64,000 nucleotides of DNA, taken from Candidatus Marinacidobacterales bacterium (lineage in GTDB: Bacteria > Acidobacteriota > Vicinamibacteria > Marinacidobacterales > DATDRI01). The position numbers were made by a program, and so were the translations under genes. The first letter of the stretch is position 1; every line of letters begins with the position of its first letter. Shown piece by piece: positions 49,833-60,938 of this stretch. The notes beneath the pieces are model-generated. The model saw only the letters and a list, made by a program, of their open reading frames with translations. It had not been told where the DNA came from and did no database searches. The stretch is taken from contig OZ244742.1 of the NCBI GenBank assembly GCA_965219415.1, positions 1,280,001 through 1,344,000 of the forward strand, in the 5' to 3' direction.

Positions 49833-51131
49833 TTATCGTCCTGTTGTTGGAGAAGTAGTAGTGCCCTCCCCTGCACGGTTGCCAATGCAATAGAGATACT
49901 CGCCAGTGCGGATGAAGATCTGGCCGTCCGAGATGGCCGGCGAGCTCAGACAGTAATCGTCGAGTGAGTTCTCAGCCAAAATTTCGAACTCCGGACCCGC
50001 CTTCACCACCGTCGTCACCGCATCTTCGTTGGTAACGTAGATCCTGCCATCCGCCAGCACTGCGGAAGAGCTGTAGGTGCCAGGTGCGACACGCTCTTGT
50101 CCCCAGATTTCCTCGCCGGTCTCGGCATCGAGGCACCACATCACACCCTTGTCGTTCACGATATAGAGATACTTGCCATCGGTGACGGGAGTCGGGACGT
50201 CTGGCCCATGCTCGGTAGACCAAACACGGTGAGACTCGGTGACATCCCCGCGTCCGCCAGCTCTAATGGCGAGAAGAGGGGAAACGCGGGAAGGTGCATA
50301 AATGATGTCGTCGTTTATCACCGGCGATGCCACAATACGATAGTAGGGCTCGTTGGCCGGATTCAAACCATTGACTCGCCACAGCTCCTCGCCGGTTTCG
50401 GGATCGTGCCCGGTCACGCAGTCGCCACCAGTAATGACGAGCTCGGTCTCGCTGCCGTACCTAAGTAGGCCCGGTGTCGTGTAGGAATCCGGTGATTCAC
50501 GTATCGCATCCGTCGGACGTTCGACTCGCCACAGCGTTTCTCCTGTCATCTTGTCGATCCGCAGCACATAGGAGGGATCGTCGGTCTTCATACCGTGTAA
50601 GACCTGAACGTATAAGGCGTCGCCGTGCAATAGCGGTGAAGAGGCATAGCCCCAGTTGAGCCCGAACGTTCCGTAGTCTTTTTGGATGTCGCGCGCCCAT
50701 ACCTCCTTGCCGGCGAAGTCGAAGCCTTTCAGAATTCCAGTCCCGGTCATGACCCAAACGTGATTGCCGTCGGTCACCGGCGAAGGGGACGACATGTTTT
50801 GCTTTCGTTGTTTTCGATCCCCATCACTCAAAAACCGTTTCCATAGAACGCTTCCTTCGGCCCGATCGACCGACCAAAGATACAAATTCCCGCCGTCCGC
50901 GACGTTGAGGAAGATCCGATCTCCCCAAATGATGGGCGTCGAACCGCTCCAGGCGGGCATCGGGAGCTTCCACGTGACGTTCTCGCTAGTACTCCAACGA
51001 ACCGGGAGGTCGCTCTCCTGGCTCACACCGTCCAGCGATGGCCCTCGCCACTGTGGCCAATTGTCGGCCAGCGCCTGCGTCACGACGAACGAAACGATAA
51101 AGACCAAGATGAGAGTAAAGCTGTTGCGCAC
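49833..51131 (-). CDS. Exported PQQ-like beta-propeller protein
   Basis: [42 protein letters not shown]. Confidence 0.87.
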   Translation of the reverse strand: MRNSFTLILVFIVSFVVTQALADNWPQWRGPSLDGVSQESDLPVRWSTSENVTWKLPMPAWSGSTPIIWGDRIFLNVADGGNLYLWSVDRAEGSVLWKRFLSDGDRKQRKQNMSSPSPVTDGNHVWVMTGTGILKGFDFAGKEVWARDIQKDYGTFGLNWGYASSPLLHGDALYVQVLHGMKTDDPSYVLRIDKMTGETLWRVERPTDAIRESPDSYTTPGLLRYGSETELVITGGDCVTGHDPETGEELWRVNGLNPANEPYYRIVASPVINDDIIYAPSRVSPLLAIRAGGRGDVTESHRVWSTEHGPDVPTPVTDGKYLYIVNDKGVMWCLDAETGEEIWGQERVAPGTYSSSAVLADGRIYVTNEDAVTTVVKAGPEFEILAENSLDDYCLSSPAISDGQIFIRTGEYLYCIGNRAGEGTTTSPTTGR

Positions 51132-51162
51132 GACTTTCCTCCTCGCTCCCTAGGTGTTCGCG

Positions 51163-52429
51163 TTACTCACTCAAATCTAATGCCACTATGTTCTTTCGAT
51201 CCCGAACGTAAAGTTTAGTTCCTACCAGCGTCGGCGGCGTCCACGCGTTCTCAGTCAACAGCTCCGTCCGAGCATGGACTTGCAAACCCTGTTGCGTCGG
51301 CGTGGCGAGCGCCAGATCTCCATTTTCGTCGACGATCACCAGCATGCCGTCGGCATACACCATCTGCGAGCGGGCGAAGCTTCGCTCCCGCCAAGCTTCC
51401 TTGCCGCTCTCGACGTCGAGCGCGGTGAAAAATGCCCGGCCCGAAGTCGCCGCTGGTACCGAGAACCAAGTCTCCGACGCGGATGGCGTTACCAAAATGC
51501 AGTCGCATACGATTATTGAACCAGAGCTCTTCGGCCGTGGTCTCGCCGCCCTCATGCGTCAAGCGGATGACGCGGTTTCCGCCGTTATAGGCGGAAGAGA
51601 AGAATAAGAGATTGCCTTTACCCCAAACCGGCGTGCTGATGTTGAGGCCGTGGTTCGTTTCGTGCGGGTGATTCCACAGTGAATCGCCGTTGCGAGGATC
51701 GAGCCCCACGATGGCCTGGGGAGCAAAAACGACCAACTGATCCTCACCGTCGACGTTGATCACGATGGGCGAAGCGGGCGCCAGTTCGAAATCTTGTCGC
51801 TTCCACGCGACGACACTGGTTACCTGATCGAAAGCGACGACCGCGTGCCCGCGCCCTCCTACCGGCAGGATCACGTTGCCACCGTAGGCTAGAGGGCTCG
51901 ACGCATATCCGCGATAACCCGACATTTCGAATTCTCGATCGAGATCATGGGACCATGAGACCTCGCCGGTCTCCTTGTCGAGCGCACGGAACGCGCCGGT
52001 GACTCCGACGGTATACAACCGACCTCCCAAGAGTAGCGGTGTGGCGTAAGGACCGGGACCGGCATGATTCGACCACGTGCCGTAGTCCATGTCCTCCAGA
52101 AGGGGTGCAGGGTATCGATGCTCCCAGCGGGTTTCTCCGGAGCTCGCCGCGAGGGCAACCACGATCTCATCCGGCTCCTCCCGATACATCGTGTACAGCG
52201 TGGCTTCGTCCGCGACAACCGTGGAGTACCCTTCCCCGAGTGGACGGCTCCACAACCCCCTAGGGCCGGTGGCCGGCCAGGAGGTCGCGAGTCCGGTGGA
52301 GCTCGAATGAAAGTTGCGGTCCGGACCTCCCCACTGGCGCCATGCCGACGACCGTTCATCGGCCCCTCCAAAAGCAAGTAGCGCACACAAGAGGATCGGC
52401 CCGCTGGCCACTAGGGTTAGTTTCCGCAT
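51163..52429 (-). CDS. Exported PQQ-like beta-propeller protein; frameshift at ~51436
   Basis: WRQWGGPDRN, GEGYS, GPYATP. Removing one base joins DFGP to AFFTALDVESGK...WTPPTLVGTKLYVRD. Confidence 0.8.
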
Positions 52430-52502
52430 CCGTCATCGCCCCGCTTGGGACGACTACCGTACAACAATCCGTCGGTTCAATTCCACCGAAGACGAGCGCG
52501 GT

Positions 52503-53653
52503 CTAAGGTACGGGCTTGCTGAGCCTGCTGAAAATGCTGAGGGCGTCGAGCGTCTCTTTGTTCAAGGGGTCTATGACCTTGAGGTCCAAACGCCTAGGGG
52601 TCGCGGTCATGAGGACGACGTTATGCCGAGAGATCGATTGCTCAATGTAAGGCCATGGGAACACTCGGATCGTATCCAAGTCCCCGCCGGCTCCTCCGGT
52701 CACAAGGTAATGCGTATCGCCGCCGTCGGTCCTCGCCCGGCTTCCGTACTCGTAGCCGTGCGTGTGACCCGAGATCACGAGGTCGGCTCGGTTGGACTCG
52801 AACATCGGAACCAAAGTGGCTCGCGCTGCCGCCTCGCCATCGTACTTGCGGCTGAGCCACAGTGCGGTGAATGGAGGTTTGTGTAGACTCACGATCCGAA
52901 ACGGGGCTCGCCGCCAAACCTCCCCAGCCATTTCCGTTTCCAGCCACTCGTGCTGCGGCGATCCGGGGACGTAGTCGACATTGGTGTCGAGAACGACGAT
53001 CCTCAACGGCCCGTACGTCCGAGCGTACCACTGGCTGTTGTTCGGCATCGGCAGCATGTCGTGGGCGAGCCGAGATTCTCCGTCATGGTTCCCGCGTACG
53101 GGGAACCACGGAATTGTGCGCCAAAGTACACGGCCAGGCTCGTAGAGGTGCTCCGCCCAGTGCTCAGGCAGCTTGCCGTCGCCGACCAAGTCTCCGGCCG
53201 ATATCAGCGCGTCGGGAGCAAGCTCCTCTATCAACGGAACCGTGAACTTCCCAAAGATTCGGGCACCCTCTTGGTTGTCGGCGAACAACAGGAGCCTCAC
53301 GGGTCCCTCCACCCTTGGAGTGCGAAACGAGTAGACCTCGCTCGGCGTCGAGGCGGATACGACACGATAGTGGTAAGTGGTGGCCGGTAACAGTCCGCTG
53401 AGAGTGACGTTGGGATACCGGGTCGGGTCTTGAGCTCGGCGACCGAACCGAGGGCATCGTTTGTACCGTACTCGACGCGATGGAGTTCCACTTCGAGGCT
53501 CGTCTGCCACCAAACGCTGACGGACCGATCGCTGGGGGCGGTGAGCGAGGGGCCGAGCAAGATGTTCGGCTCGACACTTACAGAAGGATCTGCTCGGTCG
53601 CTCTCTGGGCCGGAACCTATCAGGAAGATAAGAACCAGTAAGGCCCTTTTCAT
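52503..53653 (-). CDS. Purple-acid-phosphatase-like metallophosphoesterase (FN3 + calcineurin-like); frameshift at ~53435
   Basis: ADNQ, AGDLV, RGNHD, HKPPF, SGHTH; signal peptide and GP...WQT in the upstream frame. Confidence 0.85.
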
Positions 53654-53675
53654 GCGGGAGGGTTAGTGCCCTGTA

Positions 53676-54119
53676 TCAGCGAAAATCGTCTCGCGCTTGA
53701 ATCTTGGCGTCGAGAAAGTCCGCCTTCGCCAAATGAAGACGGTCCGCGATCTTCCGGACCAGATACTCCTCGTGACCCTGGAGCTCCGCATCGGAGTATG
53801 CGACTTGCCAAAGCAGCTTAACGACGCGCTTCTTTTTCTCCATGGAGAAGTTTTCATCGACGAGGCGGGTGAATTCGTGCAGAGGCGCCGACGCTTTGAC
53901 TTCCTCTGCCGGCAGCCGCACGATTTCGGTGGTCTCCTCAGGTGTTAGCTCGAGAGCGCGTTGGACGGCCCGGTCAACCGCTTCCATCTCGTCCGGTTTG
54001 ATCTGAAAATCCGCGCGCGTCATCTCGATGAAAAGAGCTGCCGTCGCCAACTGGAGCTGGTGTTCTGGCGTAGCGGCGTGGAGACGATCCTCGAAAAACT
54101 GCGTGACCGCTTGGAGCAT
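53676..54119 (-). CDS. TerB-family protein
   Basis: LQLATAALFIEMTRAD, LWQVAYSD, EEYLVRKIADRLHL. Confidence 0.85.
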   Translation of the reverse strand: MLQAVTQFFEDRLHAATPEHQLQLATAALFIEMTRADFQIKPDEMEAVDRAVQRALELTPEETTEIVRLPAEEVKASAPLHEFTRLVDENFSMEKKKRVVKLLWQVAYSDAELQGHEEYLVRKIADRLHLAKADFLDAKIQARDDFR

Positions 54120-54246
54120 GTCGACTCGAAGCTCGTCGCCAGGCTGACGGCTTGTTCCACGCGACACGGTTGGCGCCTCTCGTTCTTTTGAAGTTTATTG
54201 AGGAGTTGAAATATTGTCGCCCGCTCGCCGCAACGAGTCAAACGAC

Positions 54247-57200
54247 TTACTCGGCGCGAAGAGACTCGAGGAGTGGAGAGCGCACCGAGGCGGCCACCGC
54301 GAGAAGAGAGGCAATCACCCCGCTCGCCAGCACGGCGACCAACAGTAGGATGAGAGAAGTGAGTGAAAAGGCTCCGCCCCTCGAGACCAACGCCGGAGCA
54401 ATGGCTACGAGGGCGCACAACGTGCCGGTGGCCAGTCCCCATAAAAGCATCGCCGCGTTCTCCGAAACGACCATGAGTGAGAAGTCGCGAGCGCCGTAAC
54501 CGACGGCCCGCAGCAAAGCGAGCTCGCGGCGTCGCTCCAGGACGTTTCGTAACAGCACGGCACCGAGTCCCAACGTGCCGAGTACTAGGCCGAGTCCGCC
54601 GAGAGTTTGGAATGTGGAGAGGTATGTATTCTCGACGCGATGAAATCCGGCCAAACGCTCGGCGGTGCCGGCAACGTCGAAGCCGAAATCAGCGAGTCCC
54701 TGCTCGAGCGTCTCCGTCACCCTTTCCGTTTCGCTAGCCGGGACATCGAGCAGAAAGAATCGAAAGCCTTCTTGATCGGGGAAAGCCCGCAGGAAGTTCT
54801 GCTCCGACATGAGAAGCTCGCCCTGAAAAACACTGTCCTTGAGCAGGGCGACCAAACGCAGACGAAGGGGTTCTTCCCCCGCACGTTCGAGCAGAAAATC
54901 CTCACCGAGCTTGAGGTGAAGGACGTAGGTCATCGAGTTGGCATCGCCGATGACTGGTATCGCTCGGTCCGTCTCTTCCTTGTGGAGGAGCAACCACGGA
55001 TTGTCTTTTTCCTCCTGCGAGTCGGCCATCGTTCCGGCGAAGGCGAAGCGGGCGCTCTCGATGAGCTCTCGGCTCGGGGCAAGTATCCGAGGGTTTTGCG
55101 GTCGGTAGAGATTCAGACAGCTCGCGTCTTCTCCCGGGCGAGCTCGTAGTGGGAAGAAAAGTAGGTTGGCGAGACTTGGCTCACCGTCGATGCCCAAGGA
55201 TTGTCTCCCTTCGGCGGTATTGGGATCCCAGATCAACGGAAGCAGCGACTCCGCCAGGAGGGAGAACCCTCCGGTTCCTGAGTTCGGACCCATGGAGGCC
55301 TCGCGGTCGTCGCGTCGGAAAGCATCCACTGCGACGATGATGAAGGTGGCGAAGGCGATCAACGCCACGCACAGGAGGCTTCGCCCCGGACGGTAGGAGG
55401 CGTTGCGGAACCCAAGCCGGGATACCGCCCAGGTTCCGGTCCCTGCAAGGAGCTCCCCTCCGCCACTCGCCAACCGTGTCCAAAGGTATGCGAGCGCTGC
55501 CACCAGGAGGAGCGTGCCGGCTCCAAAGAAACCCGCCACCTGACTCAGAGAGCCGGACCACGCTCCGATGAGTAGCCCGAATGCTGCCAGCGTGCTAGCG
55601 CCACTGAGAAGCAAGACCTTTCGTCGGTTGGAAGGCGTGGTAGCTGAATCGAGCACGGCCCCCGTCAGCAGACTACGGGGTGTCATGGCTTGAACGCAGC
55701 GGAGCGTCCAGGAGATTCCCAGAGTGGCCGCGAGGATACCCCCGAGCCCACCAAGTGCCAGCCACTTGGTGGAAGCGTGCAGGGTCAGGAGCTCGGTGCC
55801 CACCGCATCGACCCACCAGGTCCTGAGTCCGAACATGATGAGCTTCGCGTAGGCCACCGCCCCGACCACGCCGATGAGGCTTCCCATGGCTGCGAGGACC
55901 ATCCCCTCTCTCAGGAAAATTCTGCGGATCTTGGCCAAGGTAAAGCCTAAGGCAAACAAGATGCCGATCTCCGGGAGTCGTTGCTCGACACCAAGCCGAA
56001 AGAAAAGCCCGGTCAGCAATAGCGCCGAAACCACCAGGAAGAAGCTGAAGTAAACGAAGTACTCGCCGAAATCCGTCGTCCCGCGCGAGGCGCGAAGGCC
56101 TTGGGCGCGAGCCGGGTAGATCGACAACCCCGTTTGGATGGGGTCGATGCTTTCTCGGAGACGTGTCTCGAAGGAATCGAGCGTGGATTCGAGATCTTCC
56201 ATCCCGGCCTCAGGAAAGACACGGATCGAAGTGAGCGCGCCGTATCGACTCCGCCACAACCTCTGCCCAGCGGCAAGTGGGATGAACGCCTTTGGGGTCG
56301 TGCGATAGAGATCCCAGTACTCTTCGTCCCGGTCACGAATCTGATCGAGATCGATGGGAAAAGGCGGATCCCAGTCAGAAAGAGCATCCGACTCCGTAAT
56401 GCCCGGGTAGGTCGGGGCCAAATCCGGGTCGCCCGCCGCCCCTTCGATCGGCACGATGCCCACGATTTGGAAATCCGCGTACCGGCTCTCGAGGCGACCC
56501 TCGTCCTCCCAAAAGTAATACTCGAGCGTCAAGGAATCGCCAAGGCGCACCCCCAAGTCACGGGCCGCCCAATCGTTGATGACGATCGGTCGCTCGGTCG
56601 ACCCTTCGGGCAATGGCACTCTCTCGGCAACTTCTTGAAGACTGTTGAACGCTTCCGGATCCAGGGCGCTCACTAGCGAATATGGAATCGCGGCGGGACC
56701 GGAGCGGATGCTATTCGCCAGATAGGTATAGATGAAGGATGTGTCCAGGCCGAGCTCGGCAGATGCCATTTGCGCGGCAATCGCCAGACGGTCGCTGAGA
56801 AGGATTTGCCCACTTTCGAGAGAGAGGCAGTGTGCTGCTTCGAGGGCGCGGAGCCGGATGCCCACATCCGCGAGCCGGAAAGTCCCCTTGAGAATCCTAG
56901 CCAGCGTGGCGTCCCTATCGGTCGAAGCGGTGGTGTCGTCTTGGCTCGAGACCAGCAGGGTGTTGACCTTGCCTTCCTGGCCGAGGTCTCTTTGGAGGCG
57001 CTCCAAGGGAACGAAAAGCGCACGGACCCTGCCCTGCTGGGGGTAGAGAGCGAACTCGCTCACGCCAGAGTCGATGGGAAGCCCTTCCGTGGCCTTTAGC
57101 CGGATGGTTCGCCCCTGTTGCCCTCTTCGGCCATGGAGGAACTCCCCCGGCACCTCGTAGGGCTGCTCGACTCTCAAGAGAATCGTGTCTCCAGGGGTGC

Positions 57201-57639
57201 TATTCAACTCAAGTGCCAGGCGTTTGGTGAGAACCGCGTCCCGGCCAGCCGGGGGTGCTGGGGAGTTAGGCTCGAGGCCTTGGAAGGCCCAGAAGCGGTC
57301 GTCGACCCCGTACACCTGGACGCGCGAGCTCCGCCGACCGCTCTTCTCGTGTATGACGAACCCCTTGAGCGCAATCAGGGGGCTGGCTTCTCGGAATGTA
57401 GCGCGAAAGTCTTGATGCGCCTGGATCTCGTCCGTCAGGTCCTCCTCGAAGAAATCGAGGGACGAGATGACGTACTCGACGTTGCCAAGCCGGCCAAGAA
57501 ATAGGCTGCGGAGACTCACCCGGACGGACTCCCCGACCAGTAGCGCGCCCGCCAACACCGCCACCGCCGTCGCCACCCCCCAAATGACGGCGAGGTGAGT
57601 CCGCCAGTAGTACTTGAGGCTGCGCGTCAGGAGTGTCAT
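54247..57639 (-). CDS. Large double-FtsX/MacB-type ABC permease
   Basis: About 1130 aa, two TM blocks with large periplasmic domains, EQRLPEIGIL and ERRRELALLRAVG motifs. Confidence 0.88.
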   Translation of the reverse strand: MTLLTRSLKYYWRTHLAVIWGVATAVAVLAGALLVGESVRVSLRSLFLGRLGNVEYVISSLDFFEEDLTDEIQAHQDFRATFREASPLIALKGFVIHEKSGRRSSRVQVYGVDDRFWAFQGLEPNSPAPPAGRDAVLTKRLALELNSTPGDTILLRVEQPYEVPGEFLHGRRGQQGRTIRLKATEGLPIDSGVSEFALYPQQGRVRALFVPLERLQRDLGQEGKVNTLLVSSQDDTTASTDRDATLARILKGTFRLADVGIRLRALEAAHCLSLESGQILLSDRLAIAAQMASAELGLDTSFIYTYLANSIRSGPAAIPYSLVSALDPEAFNSLQEVAERVPLPEGSTERPIVINDWAARDLGVRLGDSLTLEYYFWEDEGRLESRYADFQIVGIVPIEGAAGDPDLAPTYPGITESDALSDWDPPFPIDLDQIRDRDEEYWDLYRTTPKAFIPLAAGQRLWRSRYGALTSIRVFPEAGMEDLESTLDSFETRLRESIDPIQTGLSIYPARAQGLRASRGTTDFGEYFVYFSFFLVVSALLLTGLFFRLGVEQRLPEIGILFALGFTLAKIRRIFLREGMVLAAMGSLIGVVGAVAYAKLIMFGLRTWWVDAVGTELLTLHASTKWLALGGLGGILAATLGISWTLRCVQAMTPRSLLTGAVLDSATTPSNRRKVLLLSGASTLAAFGLLIGAWSGSLSQVAGFFGAGTLLLVAALAYLWTRLASGGGELLAGTGTWAVSRLGFRNASYRPGRSLLCVALIAFATFIIVAVDAFRRDDREASMGPNSGTGGFSLLAESLLPLIWDPNTAEGRQSLGIDGEPSLANLLFFPLRARPGEDASCLNLYRPQNPRILAPSRELIESARFAFAGTMADSQEEKDNPWLLLHKEETDRAIPVIGDANSMTYVLHLKLGEDFLLERAGEEPLRLRLVALLKDSVFQGELLMSEQNFLRAFPDQEGFRFFLLDVPASETERVTETLEQGLADFGFDVAGTAERLAGFHRVENTYLSTFQTLGGLGLVLGTLGLGAVLLRNVLERRRELALLRAVGYGARDFSLMVVSENAAMLLWGLATGTLCALVAIAPALVSRGGAFSLTSLILLLVAVLASGVIASLLAVAASVRSPLLESLRAE

Positions 57640-57677
57640 TCGATTTCGTACAAGTGCCACCCACTTGGTGACCGCCG

Positions 57678-58382
57678 CTAATTACGCTGGGTGAGCTTCC
57701 CCCCGACCAGTTGCAACCGCTGGGGGAACCGTGTGGCCAGCTCGGCGCTATGGGTGACGACGATCAAAATCCTCCTGTCTCGAGCGCCAAGCTCTAGTAA
57801 CAAAGAAGCCACGGCCTCCGCCGAACGTGGATCCAGATTTCCGGTCGGCTCATCGCAAAGCAACAAATTTGGGTCTCGGATCAGAGCGCGTGCAACTGCG
57901 ACTCGCTGTTTCTCCCCCCCCGAAAGCTCAGAGGGTCGATGGTCGATACGATCCGTGAGGCCCACCTGATCGACAAGGCGTCTAGCGCGCTCCGGATAGT
58001 CCTGCTCAGGCGGAGCAACCAGAGTGGGAGTCAAAACGTTCTCGAGGACCGAACATTGAGGCAGCAGGTGGTGGTCTTGGAATACGAAACCCACCTCTTC
58101 GTTTCGAAAGGAGGCGATCTCCTTGACGTCGAGATCATAGGGATTGCGGCCTCCGAGTCGTACAGTACCGGAAGTGGGCGGTTCGAGCGCGCCGAGAATA
58201 TAAAGCAGGGTGCTCTTGCCACCGCCTGATGGTCCCATGATCGAAACCGCGGCGCCCAGAGACAGTGAAAGATCCACCCCCGCCAGTACGGAAAGCTCAC
58301 CCCGCGGCCCGGGATATTTTTTCTTCAGATCTTTAACTTCGAGAAGCGGGGTCGTCCGATCTCGGTGAGGGTCGACGCTCAA
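57678..58382 (-). CDS. LolD-like ABC ATP-binding protein
   Basis: GPSGGGKST, GFVFQ, LSGGEKQR, LCDEPTGNLD, VTH. TTG start overlaps the upstream stop. Confidence 0.92.
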   Translation of the reverse strand: MSVDPHRDRTTPLLEVKDLKKKYPGPRGELSVLAGVDLSLSLGAAVSIMGPSGGGKSTLLYILGALEPPTSGTVRLGGRNPYDLDVKEIASFRNEEVGFVFQDHHLLPQCSVLENVLTPTLVAPPEQDYPERARRLVDQVGLTDRIDHRPSELSGGEKQRVAVARALIRDPNLLLCDEPTGNLDPRSAEAVASLLLELGARDRRILIVVTHSAELATRFPQRLQLVGGKLTQRN

Positions 58383-59812
58383 GATGGTGCATCCTGAAAC
58401 GCGCGGGCTCGGTACAAGAAGTCGATGATGTTGCCCTCGTGAGGTTGGAGCCAATTGAGGCGGATGGTGGGAACCGGCCCGAGGTTCAAGCGGTCGATCT
58501 GTGTAGTGTCCAGTAATGCACGCCGAAAACCAACGTCCTCGGTGATGACGCTGCCTACCAACGTCCCTCCAATTGAAGCAAGCATTCTTTCCTGCGGACA
58601 TTCCACGACCGACACGAACGGAAACATGTATTCCTTGTTTGCTAGGGGATTCTCCACTGACTCGCAATGTATGACGGTTGGGCGAAGATAGTCACAGCGC
58701 TCACGTTTGACGAGACGGCCTTCGTCTCCACCTCGATATCTAGCCGTTACGTCCTCCGCTCCCGGACTTTCCAGGCCGCCGTCGATCTCTTCGGAGATCG
58801 CTTGCGCAACTCCCGGCACGGTGAAAGAGGCGAGTGCGCTTTCTGGGTCGTCGGGCGGATGGGGAGCGATCGGCCCGAGCCGTTTGGCAAGTGCCTCGGC
58901 GATCTCCTTCGTATGTCTCGAGGCCCAAACACCGGAACAACTGATGCAGCTACGGCCGCTGTTGATCAGCACGCTATCCGCCATCACATCCAGGTATCTC
59001 TCCCACTCGTCCACCTTGTCATCGCCAAGAAGGATCTTGCTGAAACCCGGCCCGTGTACCTGCACGCCTGGGTTGCCCTTGTATCGGTCTACGGTCGGTG
59101 TGCCACCGAAGATCAAACTTCGAGGACAGCTAGCCACCACTGCCGCCCCAACGTCCCCGAGACCCGGGTAGACCGAGATGGCTTCCTTGGGGATACCTGC
59201 CTCGAAAAAGGCCTGAGACATACGATACGGAGTCCAAGGTTCTTGAGGCCCCGGTTTGAACACCAAGCCGATCTGGAGAGGGATCACTGGTAGCCACAAA
59301 GTGTGGACACCCGGGGAGTTCGAAGGCAGAACTAACCCGAGAACAGGTGACTCGGCCTGATAACTCAGCGGGACGCCGCGGCCCTCGACTCCGTACCCTT
59401 GACTCAGTATCGAGAGATCTAAACCCCGAGTCAGGGCATCCAGAATCTCTTCCATATGCGTAAGAACGAAGTAGTTCTTTTCCATGTTGGAACGACACAT
59501 GTGCTCCGGGAGGCCAGTGGTCGCGGATTGGTGGTAGACAAACTGCTCGGGCGTTTGGCTTCCATCCCCCAGAGGAAGTTCCGCCGACCGATAGAGCTCG
59601 GCAGCTTTTTTCACCATTGAGATCAAGTCGCCTATAGGGATCTCCCGTAATACGTCCCGCGCACGTTGCGCTCGACGCATATCGCGCTGCACCAGGCCAG
59701 GGTTCGCCTGGCTCACCTTCGCGAGCTCTTCACCGGTTTGAAAGTGAACGACCGTCTGCACCTCCAGGCTGGTGTACGGCTTGCCCCAACGAAGTACCGG
59801 AATGTTGATCAT
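58379..59812 (-). CDS. ALDH-superfamily reductase, GriD/EhpG/LuxC-like
   Basis: PSNSPG, KPG, FGG, HGPGFSK (in place of ELGGK), NSGRSC catalytic Cys, EYMFP. Confidence 0.75.
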   Translation of the reverse strand: MINIPVLRWGKPYTSLEVQTVVHFQTGEELAKVSQANPGLVQRDMRRAQRARDVLREIPIGDLISMVKKAAELYRSAELPLGDGSQTPEQFVYHQSATTGLPEHMCRSNMEKNYFVLTHMEEILDALTRGLDLSILSQGYGVEGRGVPLSYQAESPVLGLVLPSNSPGVHTLWLPVIPLQIGLVFKPGPQEPWTPYRMSQAFFEAGIPKEAISVYPGLGDVGAAVVASCPRSLIFGGTPTVDRYKGNPGVQVHGPGFSKILLGDDKVDEWERYLDVMADSVLINSGRSCISCSGVWASRHTKEIAEALAKRLGPIAPHPPDDPESALASFTVPGVAQAISEEIDGGLESPGAEDVTARYRGGDEGRLVKRERCDYLRPTVIHCESVENPLANKEYMFPFVSVVECPQERMLASIGGTLVGSVITEDVGFRRALLDTTQIDRLNLGPVPTIRLNWLQPHEGNIIDFLYRARAFQDAPS

Positions 59813-59825
59813 GCCGCCCTCGATC

Positions 59826-60926
59826 TCAATAGACCCCTACCGTGGTGGTGGCCGCTAGCTTTTGGTAAGGGCGTACTCCGCTGACTCCATCCCAGGGGTA
59901 ACCTTGATGCGGTGCCTCCCTTTCCCCTTCGTCACGCTCGAGAAAGCCGGGGACGAAGAACTCTTTCGTCAAAGTCGTGAGCTTCACGCGGCCCGTCTCT
60001 CCGTAGTCAACGACTCGCTCGGGGGCGTCCGAATCTACGACCTCGATGACGGCACGCGGTTGCGGTGGATAGTATGTGATCTTGTAGTCGTCGTCCGGTC
60101 CAACCGGCTTGGAGGCAGCCAGTCCCATCAACGTGTTCCCGTACGTTGGCGTGATGTAAACGCCGTCGAGAAGCTCCTCGACGGCAAACCTTGTCCACTG
60201 CGGCGTGAACTCGGTACCTCCCGAAAAGATTCCGGTGATACCCGTTTCTTTTATGCTCGAGCCTTGGTCTTCCAGCGCTAGCGCGAGCGTTTCCAGAAGC
60301 TTGGGTGTCGTAAACAAACACCGGATCTCGTGGCCAGCACTCAAGGTCGTGAGCGCTTGTTCGATCACATGCGCCTTGTAGGCTTCGAGCTGGTCGGTCC
60401 AACCTTTGTTGATCAGTTTGATGACCCACCGCGGATCGAGATCGACACAGAAGCAAATGCCGCCCCGATGCTGCGCCAAGTGTTCCACTGCTAGCCGCAA
60501 TCGACGCGGCCCAGAGGGGCCGAGCATCAGCCAGTTGGCCCCCTTGGGGAAGTACTTCTCTGGAAGGGATTGACTGAATAGCTCATAGTCAGTACGAAAG
60601 TCATCGATGGCGATCCGGCTTTTCGGGATCCCCGTGGTGCCCCCAGTCTCGAAAACAAAGATGGGTCGATCGGCATACGCCTTGGGCACCCAACGGCGAA
60701 CCGGCCCCCCCCGAAGCCACTCGTCCTCGAAACGCGGGAAGCGTCGGAGATCCTCGAAGACCTTGATGTGCTGCCTCGGAGCAAAGTCCAATTTTCCTGC
60801 GAATTCGAGCCAGAACGGCGATCCCGTCTCCGGGTTGAAATGCCACTCCACGATCTCCCTCACATGCAGGTCGAGCGACTCCTTCGCCCCTCGGACTCTC
60901 GCGTCAATCGCTAACCCCTGACTCAC
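59826..60926 (-). CDS. Short ANL-superfamily adenylating enzyme, EhpF/GriC-like
   Basis: 366 aa; WHFNPETGSPFW, ETGGTTGIPK P-loop, YGNT, ERD, C-terminal GVY; no ANL C-terminal lid domain. Confidence 0.72.
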   Translation of the reverse strand: MSQGLAIDARVRGAKESLDLHVREIVEWHFNPETGSPFWLEFAGKLDFAPRQHIKVFEDLRRFPRFEDEWLRGGPVRRWVPKAYADRPIFVFETGGTTGIPKSRIAIDDFRTDYELFSQSLPEKYFPKGANWLMLGPSGPRRLRLAVEHLAQHRGGICFCVDLDPRWVIKLINKGWTDQLEAYKAHVIEQALTTLSAGHEIRCLFTTPKLLETLALALEDQGSSIKETGITGIFSGGTEFTPQWTRFAVEELLDGVYITPTYGNTLMGLAASKPVGPDDDYKITYYPPQPRAVIEVVDSDAPERVVDYGETGRVKLTTLTKEFFVPGFLERDEGEREAPHQGYPWDGVSGVRPYQKLAATTTVGVY

Positions 60927-60938
60927 TGCGTTCGACTC

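Noticed and set aside
53676-54119. Tellurite-resistance or defence island
   Set aside because: A solitary TerB-family gene with no other ter or defence genes nearby.
58379-60926. Bioluminescence (luxCE) or phenazine biosynthesis cluster
   Set aside because: No luxAB/luxD or phzA-G genes in the window; only the reductase-type pair is present.
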